A stretch of DNA of 63,644 bases, the filler included, from Octopus bimaculoides (taxonomy: Eukaryota), in NCBI RefSeq assembly GCF_001194135.2. It is 6 parts of 5 records of this genome, joined end to end, with 100 filler letters (N's around TTAATTAATTAA, not from the genome) between each part and the next. Parts side by side here need not be neighbours in the genome. Positions count along the whole stretch, not along the records: positions 1 to 7,505 come from NC_068991.1; positions 7,606 to 32,211 come from NC_069002.1; 4 more parts are not named here. One strand, 5' to 3'. Below are positions 1 to 9,420 of this stretch, in pieces. Numbering within the stretch: position 1 is the stretch's first letter; each line of letters begins with the position of its first letter. The notes beneath the pieces were generated by a model. It saw only the letters and a list, made by a program, of their open reading frames with translations. It did no database searches and had not been told where the DNA came from. The position numbers and the translations under genes were made by a program.

Positions 1-39
<39 letters not shown>

Positions 40-41
<2 letters not shown>

Positions 42-200
42 TGCAAGCCTGGCTGTGCGGTAAGAAGTTTGCTTCCAAGCCATATGGTTCTGGGTTCAGT
101 CTCATTGCATGGCACCTTGGACAAGTGTCTTCTACTATAGTCTCAGGCCAACCAAAGCCTTGTGAGTGAATTTGGTTGACAGAAACTGAAAGAAGCCCAT
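40..200 (+). mobile_element. tRNA-derived SINE, family A head
   Basis: A-box-like TGGCTGTGCGG, B-box-like GGTTCAGTCT, then GCACCTTGGACAAGTGTCTTCTACTATAG...GAAAGAAGCCC. Homologous to copies at 13580, 33620, 37795, 45843, 48725 and 63336. Confidence 0.8.
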
Positions 201-659
201 CACATATATATATATATATGGGCATAAGATTGACACAAATAAATAATCATGTTCATAAATCTACATTTTGATGTCTCTGGCACAAGCAAACCCTGATTAA
301 ATGCAATCAGCACGCTATGAAAAGTGAGTGGCAAATGAGCAAGAGACAAAGCATGTTTGAACAGATTCTTAAAACTGGTTAAGGACATGACCACCCTCGT
401 TGTGTTGGTGCCATAACAAAGTGTGTTCAGTACACTCTGTAATGTGATTGATGTTACAAGTGCTGTACAGCTATAGAAATCATGTCACAAAAGGGAACAG
501 TTGAACAAGGCACTGTCTCTTGCTCTGTTTTTACCCTGTCTAGGAGAACAGTATCTCCAAATAAGAATTGATTTAGACCATAGCAACCCTCGTCTGACCT
601 TTGAAAGCGATGGTAAAATGGTTGTTCTTGTTGTTGTTGTTGTGGTGAGTAAAAGAGAA

Positions 660-748
660 GCAAAGAGAGAAAGAAAGAAAGAAAGAAAGAAAGAGAGAAA
701 AAGAAAGAAAGAGGGGGAAAGAGAGAGAGAGAGAGAGAGAGAGAAGAG

Positions 749-793
<45 letters not shown>

Positions 794-832
794 AGATTGT
801 TGTCGAGTGAGAAATAGTGTATGTGAGCGTGT

Positions 833-871
<39 letters not shown>

Positions 872-905
872 GGACAGACAGACAAACAGACAGACAGACA
901 GAGAA
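660..905. repeat. Compound (AAAG)/(AG)/(AGAC) microsatellite
   Basis: Direct inspection; explains the low-complexity ORFs 454-978, 485-1075 and 501-914. Confidence 0.95.
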
Positions 906-1364
906 GGCGAGTGAAAGATAGGTAGACTGTTGTCACCACAGTAACTAGCGAGACTTTCACTATTAAAAGTAAGTGCATGATTAACGAATATTTTTACCGG
1001 CAGCGCAGCGACGAATAAAGACCAAGCAACAACAACAATAATAATAATAATCAATAAATGAGGTACAATGAACACAAAAATAAATGCTCAAGTAGTTTTT
1101 ATCATTTCCAACATTTTACAACCATTTTTATTTGTAGTGGCAAACGTTTGTTTATATATATGTATGTATGTATGTATATGTATATATGTATGTGTGTATG
1201 TATGTTCATTTTAGAATCATACCCTTCTAGCTTGTATTTTTCTATATTTTCCTTGATAGATGCATCAACGTACGGAATATATTAAAATGTCAGCGATTTA
1301 GACGCAAGAAAAACATTTTCTATGATCATTGATTATGTTGATCACCATCACCTCTACGGTGCAA

Positions 1365-1901
1365 TCATGCATTTACTTTATCATATGTCCCTTCGTTTTT
1401 ATAGGCACCCACGTAACCAGTGTTGTCTACTAATTCTTTTCGGCCACTCATTCCCTTGCCTTTTCCTTCCTCATCAAAGCGCTCTTTATGTGATCCCGTG
1501 TAACCAGCCACATCTGTAAGACCGGCGACATTGCCAGTTTTTGATATTTTTACTTCTTTGACGTTTGGTCTCCCTTTTTTTAGCATTTCAACAAACTCTT
1601 CGTAATATTTGTCCACCTGCGGGTCCCCTTCTGGCAGTTTGGAATTTTTACTTTTGTTCTTGGCATATTCATGTGCACAACCACGTATAAATAGATGGAA
1701 GTTACTTATAAGGAGGTACTGTTTACTTTTCTCTTTGTATTTTGGGAATATAGAAGCATCTGCAATTGTTACAACTTCTTTTGGTAGACAGTCTTTCACC
1801 ATTTTTGCACAAGCCTTAGAGTTCATTTGTTTTTCTTCTTCAGGAGTCTTTGCACCTGCAAGCTTGGTGAACGCTCGAAAAACTTCATCTAATTCCGCCA
1901 T
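1365..1901 (-). CDS. TPPP: Tubulin polymerization-promoting protein (TPPP/p25-alpha family), 178 aa, no introns in the CDS
   Basis: C-terminus has the family signature LTDxxxYTGSHKERFDEEGKGKGMSGR (GxGxGxxGR) and GYVGAYKNEGTYDK. N-terminal LDEVFRAF...MNSKACAKMVKDC corresponds to the p25-alpha LEEAFRKF...MNGKNWAKLCKDC block. Good start context (aaaATGG). Confidence 0.93.
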   Translation of the reverse strand: MAELDEVFRAFTKLAGAKTPEEEKQMNSKACAKMVKDCLPKEVVTIADASIFPKYKEKSKQYLLISNFHLFIRGCAHEYAKNKSKNSKLPEGDPQVDKYYEEFVEMLKKGRPNVKEVKISKTGNVAGLTDVAGYTGSHKERFDEEGKGKGMSGRKELVDNTGYVGAYKNEGTYDKVNA

Positions 1902-2032
1902 TTTAGAGGTAAAGTAAATGAGCTCCGAATGTCACTACGTCTATATCGTTACGCTGACTTTTTCTTTCTGTTCTACAAGTGAGAACAAGGCTTGCTTTTT
2001 CAAACAAACAAATGTTTCTATTGATGACGTAA
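1902..2032 (-). promoter_or_regulatory. TPPP upstream leader (possible 3' splice acceptor or proximal promoter); left arm of an inverted duplication
   Basis: On the minus strand a pyrimidine tract ccttgttctcacttgtAG (AG at 1974-1973) lies 72 nt before the ATG; CRE-like TGACGTAA at 2025-2032; 120/131 identical to the reverse complement of 2992-3122. Confidence 0.55.
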
Positions 2033-2147
2033 AGAGCGTTTTCTAAAACACACGCTTTCATCATAAAAGGGCTTTCTATGTCATAATGAATATCTCGTTA
2101 CTATTTCAAATGAATCTCATTTAAACCAAATTTTATACATCTGTAAG

Positions 2148-2189
2148 TAATTGGCATACCCCAGAATAATAATAATAATAATAGTAATA

Positions 2190-2245
<56 letters not shown>

Positions 2246-2256
2246 TGGCATACCCC
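2148..2256 (+). repeat. (TAA)n tract flanked by a 15-bp direct repeat (TSD-like)
   Basis: TAATTGGCATACCCC at 2148-2162 and 2242-2256 brackets AGAATAATAAT... Confidence 0.85.
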
Positions 2257-2306
2257 TAGAAGAGACTAAATACTTGTGCTAATCTTTTCAGTTGTATGAT
2301 CTACCC

Positions 2307-2677
2307 AAGGGGTTCTCAAACAATTTTCTTTTTATCTATGAACCCCTTTGATTACTATTTTATTCTGGTGGACCCCCATCACCATTTGATGTTTAAAAAC
2401 TAGTTTTATAGAAACATCTTTCAAAATTCCTATTTTGTTTTGTTTTTTCGCACATTAACTTGTGTAGGCTGAACTGTGTAAAATGTTATAGAAAGCAACG
2501 TAGCTGTTTCTTGCAATATATACCAATACATACATCTAAAGCAAACATTTTTCAGGGGCCTTTAAAATATTATGATCCCCAATTTACTATTTTGTTNNNN
2601 NNNNNNNNNNNNNNNNNNNNNNNNNNNNNNNTATATGGACGCTCAGGGGCCAGATGGACTCCGGTTGAGAACCATAG
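2307..2677. mobile_element. hAT-type MITE
   Basis: Imperfect 15-bp TIRs (aaggggttctcaaac / ggttgagaaccatag, resembling CAGTGGTTCTCAACC) with 8-bp flanks atctaccc / atctacac (7/8), the TSD length typical of hAT elements. Contains an N gap. Confidence 0.7.
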
Positions 2678-2991
2678 ATCTACACAACTTCTAATTTAGG
2701 CACGAGGTCAGCAATTTTGATGGGAGGGAATTAGTTGATACCATCGACCAGCGCTTTAGCATATCGAGCCTTGAGGAATGGAAAGTAAAATTTATCTCGA
2801 CCAAATTTAAACTTGGAATTTAATGAAGCGGAAGAATACCTCAAAATCATTTTCCCTGACATTTTTAATCAACCAGTGTCGGATTAACCTAAAAGCAAGT
2901 GCAGAATATGCTGGGGTCTGCATTTTCAAGGGAACCTCACTAAATACTTTATTACTATAATTCTTAATCTCTTTGCATTGTATCGTGATGC

Positions 2992-3122
2992 TTACGTCGT
3001 CAATAGAAACATTCATTTGTTTGAAAAAGCAAGCCCTGTTCTCACTGGTAGAACAGAAAGGAAAAGTCAGCGTAACGATATAGACATTGTGACATTCGTA
3101 GCTCAAATACTTTACCTCTAAA
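2992..3122 (+). repeat. Inverted copy of the TPPP leader with no CDS behind it
   Basis: Ungapped reverse-complement match to 1902-2032 with 11 mismatches; homology ends at ctctaaa, the base before the ATG. Confidence 0.9.
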
Positions 3123-3176
3123 TTTTTATGAACAACAGGGTATTTAAGGTCGATCCTACCACGCGGCACCCTTCCT

Positions 3177-3350
3177 AGATCCGTCTTTATGTTCGTCTTT
3201 ACGTTCTGAGTTCAAATTCAGCCGAGTTGACATTGCCTTTCATCCTTTCAGGGTCGATAAAATGGAATGTTGAGCAATGGGGTTAATGTAATCGACTTAC
3301 CCACTTCCCCGAAATCACTGGCCTTGTGTTAAAATTTGAAACCAATATTA
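3177..3350 (+). mobile_element. SINE family C fragment (Nin/Deu-domain-like)
   Basis: TTCTGAGTTCAAATT...GCCTTTCATCCTTTCAGGGTCGATAAA. Related pieces at ~2700-2810 (-), 4080-4225 (+), 11100-11240 (-) and 48500-48650 (-). Confidence 0.7.
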
Positions 3351-4951
3351 ATTAAAGAAATTTACAATGATTACATTTAATAACGATGTTAAAATAGGCG
3401 GTCTAAATTTTGTCGGATGCTAATTAATCCACTTGTCATTCTATTTTTCTATTTCGATTCATTAAACTGAGTTTAATGAATTGAGTTTAATTATTAATTT
3501 TAACATAAATATGAGTCTTTGAATGAATCTGATTTATTGTTGAATATAAATCGAATCAGGATTTTTAAAACAGGTGAGAAATATTTTGTGTGCAGTTTCT
3601 TCGTCAACTTTATACCGTTAAGTAAAACAACACCATAACTAAAAAGCGTAAAATAATATAATCGCGACAAAGTCAGCGAGCTGGCAGGATCGTTAGAACG
3701 TCGGAGGAAAAAAAAACAGCTTTGGTCGCTGAACTTCGTGGAAGCTAGACGTCACAATAGCAGCTCTCCAACAACTCAACACTGGAGCCACATAGATAAC
3801 CAGAGAGGAGAAAAATGACTTCTAACCACGCAACTTCATTGACGGCGTCTCATCTAACCAAAGGACGACATGCTACCGAACTCCCTCCTAGTGTGAGCAG
3901 AATTCTACTGTAATAACATATTGTTGTGCTGTTAGTTTAGAGTCTGCGTTCCGTTTTCTTCCTTAAGAAATTTAATGTACGGAATCGGAATACACCTAAT
4001 GGTGTATAACCACTTCCCTACAAATGTAATCGACTAGACTCCTCCTGGATAAAAATTTACTTAGTTTAATATAATGATCTACGGCCGGCGAGCTGTTCAA
4101 ATTCCGCCGAGGTCGACTGTGCCCTTCATGCTTTCGGGCTCGATAAAATGAGATCCAGTTGAGCAACGAGTTCAATGTTATCATCTTAACCCTCCCCCGT
4201 ACCAAAATTGTCAAAAATTTGAAATCAATATAATGCTCAGTAGGATTCTTAGCTTTAGATATTTTCAAATGTTTGAAGTAGAAAACTCCAAATTAGGAAA
4301 AATAGTGGCTTGTAATACTGATATGTAGCATGTGTCTACTAAGCACTAGCATATTAGGAATGTCCATTGTTCTATATTTGCAAACAAACGTAAAATAGGC
4401 AGTAAACACTCATGTATAATACGATTTATCTTTAAAATATTAATAACTGAAATTCAATATTCAAAAAGAAAAAGTGGAGCAAGTTTATTACCTTCTCCTT
4501 GGAAAACGTGTCCCTGTGCAAAATTTCAGGCTGACTCATATATGCCAACACGAGACAAAATAAACGTAGTTATGTTTACGACTTTGAATAATTTTATTGT
4601 TCCAAACTGCATTAAATCACATTTTATTTTTTGTTTCTGTCTTTTTTTCCTTCCTTTCCATTTTTGAGAACCTAATCGCACCAATAATATTCACGAAAAA
4701 TTCGCAGAATTAATGCAAATATATGTAAATATTTAACAATTTATGCAAATAACAAAATGGAAATAGTTCCAACTACGACTCTACAGTGTGAAGCGATGAA
4801 AGATAAATCTTCACAGGACGCCTGTCTGGTAATAGTGGCATTCCCAAATGATTTGGAATATATTCCTGACGGTTAAGCCAAGTACATACATGCATGCATA
4901 CATACATGCATGCATACATACATACACACGTACTATTCATGCATATATGTG

Positions 4952-5019
<68 letters not shown>

Positions 5020-5141
5020 CATATATNNNNNNNNNNNNNNNNNNNNNNNNNNNNNNNNNNNNNNNNNNNNNNNNNNNNNNNNNNNNNNNNNNNNNNNNNN
5101 NNNNNNNNNNNNNNNNNNNNNNNNNNNNNATATATACATAC

Positions 5142-5174
<33 letters not shown>

Positions 5175-6703
5175 CTTTTTCTGAATCTTCAGATTTTTCA
5201 ATTTGCTAGGCCAGTTTTTAAATTGATATTAATCAAATTAATATTCAATTTTTCACCCTTATTATTTAAATTTGTATATACATACACGCACAAACATATA
5301 TGTGAATTTTTCTATTGATATACACAAATGTATATATCCATACATTCATAGTCACAAATATATACATGCATACATACACACACATATCGCTTTTTAACGG
5401 TAGAACTCGAAATAAATAACGCTATAAATAAATCCTTGTAAATATTGGGTAAACAATAGCGAGGAAATATTGGGTTAACACCATGTGAATATTGTGTTTT
5501 TAACGGTGACACTCGAAATTTACACGCACTTATAGCTTTGTTTACTTCAAGTTCTACTGTTAAAAACGATTATTTCCTATCACTCAAAGTTTCTTTGTTC
5601 TTATAGCATAAACAACACACAATTCTTGCCGGTAAGAACATATAAAATCAGGTTTCTACAAAATATAAAATCTCTATAGAATCTCCTCCAAATCTGAATA
5701 TATTTCAAGTGACAGAAAAGAACGATTAAATAAATATAACCCATGGGATGTCTTCACAGGCTCCACTGCTTCCGCAAGTTAGTATTACTGAATATGGATC
5801 AAATCAATCAATTTTGACAGAATATAACAGCTGAAATTTTAATAGTGAATGGCTTAGACCTTATTCTTTGATTTGTTTATGACATTGATAAGAGCAAGCC
5901 TTCGCGTTACGGTTATAAAACGTTCGTGCAAAATAACACTTAGATGTGAAAGCTAGAAGAAAACAAATCAGTTCACAAAGTCCGCAAAATGTGTTTGTCA
6001 CAAGCAGAAAACGGTGAAGTGGTATGACTCTCTAAAGTCTTTCCACTGCCAATACGAAATGTCATCATCGACTAAACGATACACACATTCTAGCAATTAC
6101 AGAAAATGAGACGGTTACTACCGATAAATTAAATACGTTATAAATATTAAATACATAATAATATAGGTAGCTAAAACAATTAAAAACCAAAAAGATAGAA
6201 TACATAAATAAGAGTGCAAATAGGACCTACAATTGCTAGAAATAAGAGCTAAAAAATATAACTCGATCGTTATATCTTATTGTATGTTCATATACGCTCA
6301 AACTGTTTTGAATTTTGGCGCTCGTTGTTCAACGGTTATTTTCCCTCGTTAGCTAATGGGAAACAAACTATCTCTTTAACCTGGAGTAAATTATGGATTC
6401 TCCTGAGGAGAAATGACACTTTATTGGTTAAATTTCGAAATCATATGATAGGGTCTTATCAAATTACTTCATTCGGCGAGTTTTATCTCTCTGGAGAAAG
6501 ATGTTGTTGCTTGCCGCTCGAAGTCGCTTGGACAACTCATGAGGTTCGTGATTTTGTGTGGCTATTCGAGTTATATGTTTTAGCTCTTATTTCTAGCAAT
6601 TGTAACTTCTATTTGCACCCTTATTTATGTATTCTACCTTTTTGGCTTTCAATTGATTTAGCCACCTATATTATAACGTATTTAATATATTGTTACAGTA
6701 TCT

Positions 6704-6739
<36 letters not shown>

Positions 6740-6934
6740 AATATATGAGTATATGCATATATATGTACATGTATGTATATACCTTCATCCACATGTACAT
6801 ATGGATACATAACTGGGTACATGACGTGGCAAAAGAACATGGACAAAATGGTAAACAAGGTGCAACAAACAAGCAGGCCACATAGAAACATCCCCTTCAT
6901 CAGCTGCCGCCATTAAAACTCATATATATATATA

Positions 6935-7266
6935 TGTAATGAACCTTGGAAGTCAAGCAGGAAAGCAAAACGGAAAAGGAATTTAACGAGAGTAATCTCC
7001 CTCAACCTTCTAGAAAGTTCTCGAACATTCTAGAAGCTTCCGGTTGACGGGCACTTCCGGTTCATCCCTTATATAAAGTAACAAATTTCTAAATTCGCGC
7101 CATCAGTCCGCCGCACCCGCACCCGCTCGCGCGTACGTTCTCCTCACTTACTTGGAGACATGTAATTGCAAAAAAGAATATGCTCATGTGATGTTACAAG
7201 CTTTCCTTCAATTAACATTATATGTTAACGCATTCCTTCCAGTAACAAATGTTATGACTTATTACA
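6935..7266 (+). mobile_element. Possible solo LTR carrying an HSE/TATA promoter
   Basis: TGTAATGA...TTATTACA near-inverted termini and an internal TATA box. No TSD is visible, so the LTR call is tentative. Confidence 0.3.
7007..7108 (+). promoter_or_regulatory. Heat-shock element (7 phased nTTCn/nGAAn units) + two CTTCCGGTT (ETS-like) + TATA + Inr-like
   Basis: TTC/GAA alternate at 7008, 7013, 7018, 7023, 7028, 7033 and 7038; TATATAAA at 7070-7077; TCAGT at 7103-7107. Confidence 0.7.
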
Positions 7267-7345
7267 AACGTTTCGCGAATTCCTATTTCCTTGTTATTAT
7301 GTACAAGATGGTGACCCCTCTTTCTCTGATGCTCATTAAATTATA

Positions 7346-7505
7346 GGTTGGCGTTAGGAAGGGCATCCAGCTGTAGAAACTCTGCCAGATCAGATTGGAG
7401 TCTGGTGTAGCCATCTGGTTCACCAGTCCTCAGTCAAACCGTCCAAACCATGCTAGCATGGAAAGCGGACGTTAAACGACGACGATGATGATGATGATGA
7501 TGATG
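7346..7505 (+). mobile_element. SINE/RTE-type 3' tail ending in (GAT)n
   Basis: GGTTGGCGTTAGGAAGGGCATCCAGCTGTAGAAAC...GGACGTTAAA(CGA/TGA)n; second copy at 47701-47848. Confidence 0.75.
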
Positions 7506-8959
7506 NNNNNNNNNNNNNNNNNNNNNNNNNNNNNNNNNNNNNNNNNNNNTTAATTAATTAANNNNNNNNNNNNNNNNNNNNNNNNNNNNNNNNNNNNNNN
7601 NNNNNATATATACATAGTTAAGTATTAATATTTTAAATATACATATTTTCTAAAACTCCGAAACTCATATCAAAATATTTATGCGATGGATTAGTTTCGA
7701 AGTATGTATCTTGGGCTCAAGGACATTTTTCAGCTTGAAATATTTATATTCAGAATATTTTAAACGCAATAACTAAAGTGCTATTATAACACGAACATAT
7801 GTGATGCACACACCTTGTCTAGAGACAGGTTCCCAGAAATACTTTAACGTAACGTTCAGATTATTTCAATTTCCATTTACCTAAAACTTTATCTTTTTTA
7901 TATTTCTCCAGGGGCTAAATATATTCTATTCAAAGTGTAATTATATCGAGTTTATCATTCTTGTTTTATTTTGTATGATTTTGTGATATGTGATTTGACG
8001 TTGATCTATTTAGTGTATATATGTTTGAATAATCGAACAACGTGCTGAAATACATGAAACGGAACAAGACATCTTTAAATATCTTTAAATATATTTTGTT
8101 TGTTGTTATTTTCATTGTTTGAATCCCATTCTATATCGACCTTCTTCTCTAAGTGGCACAACTAAAATGCATGCCAAAATGCTGCTCCACGAATCTGACC
8201 CCGCATTAGCTTTCATATGTCCTCATTTTCATACATCGTCTCTCCGCCAATTACGTCATGGTAATTCAGTGTTTTTTGTCTTCTGTTTGAGTACGAAGCC
8301 TCTAAAATAAGACAACATATTTAATTGTTTTTCAGCACGATAATTGCCAAGACAGCATTCAGGATCAACTGTAGAAATGGGCGGAATGTGTCCCTGAATG
8401 TATCTGTGGGTTATACTCACGCCAAAAGATATTTGGAGCTGAACAGAGAACAAATCCATCACACAACGGATGGGCGTCTAGTTGAAAACTAGAGAGCTTT
8501 CCCACTGATTTATATTGTGAGATGTCACTGTCCAGTCACTAGATATCTTGTTTTAATATTTTAGAATGCTACGTACTAATACAGAGCTATATGCAAAATC
8601 GATTTTCACCTCTCCTTTCTTAAACAGCAAAGCAGCAGATTAACTGTCGGTTGTAAAACGTACTGTCACCATGGAAATTCTTCAAAATACTTACAACGTT
8701 AAGAAACAAAACACTAGGCCTACATAACATGCCAACCATGATGTGGTAGAATCCACTCTTCCGTAAACAACCGATTGACGTTTGCACCGAAACCTATAAC
8801 TAAAACAAACCAACAGCCTTCTCAGACATTTCAGCTGTCTTACTTTTATAGAAAGCAGATCTTCACTTCACTTGTCTCAGAACTACGAATCACTCTCCAA
8901 ACTCTTACCCAATCCAAGACGCATTGTCTCTTGATAAAATTCATTCCCCTCACATTCAT

Positions 8960-9420
8960 CTCATCCTGAATCGGAAACAAAGCATCTTCGGCAAACTACA
9001 CTTTTTGGCTCTTACAAGAATCACAGAAGAGATGCGTATCTTGAAGCAAAGCGTACTAGTAATACATCTGAGATTCTCCAAGGTAAACAAAAAGGGCCAT
9101 CTTATATGTATATCCCATTTGAACGACGATATCTCTTATACAAATACTAGTTGAGAAGCCACTGCACCATCACAAATGCTTCTAAATATGCCAAGCCATT
9201 GGAAAATATTTGAGGGCCCGCTTGAACCCACGCACAACACTGCTTCTTCCTCAGCATGAAACATGCGTAGCTCTAAAATTATACAAAGAATTATTGTATT
9301 CGAATGTAAATCGAACTGGCTATGAACTGACTCGAACTCTTCTCACGCTACCTAAAAAAGGAATATTTATACCTAAATATTGGAATTCTAGACATTTCTA
9401 CACCTTTTTCTCTTATTTAT
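8960..9420 (+). mobile_element. Decayed RTE-clade LINE RT fragment
   Basis: Translation FLALTRITEEMRILKQSVLVIHLRFSK resembles the RTE RT block ILALRRIIEE...FIDFSKAFD. Confidence 0.4.

Noticed and set aside
454-1075. Long ORFs over (AG)n/(CT)n, and the many YI/CV/HT/X-rich ORFs throughout the track
   Set aside because: Translations of microsatellites and N gaps.
6790-6910. Minus-strand CUGAUGA at 6897-6903
   Set aside because: No stem II-GAAA-UH follows before the sequence runs into (TA)n; cannot be called a hammerhead.
7550-7561. TTAATTAATTAA islands inside gaps (also 32256, 49932, 56625, 61366)
   Set aside because: Where counted, each is 44 N + 12 nt + 44 N = 100 bp, and the 12-mer has stops in all six frames: an assembly gap spacer, not biology. 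Order and distance across these joins are uncertain.
7681-7740. Minus-strand CUGAAAA...GAAACUAAUC
   Set aside because: No stem I and stem II does not abut GAAA. If real it would be a C3-A8 counterexample to the covariation finding, so it should be included in a systematic search.
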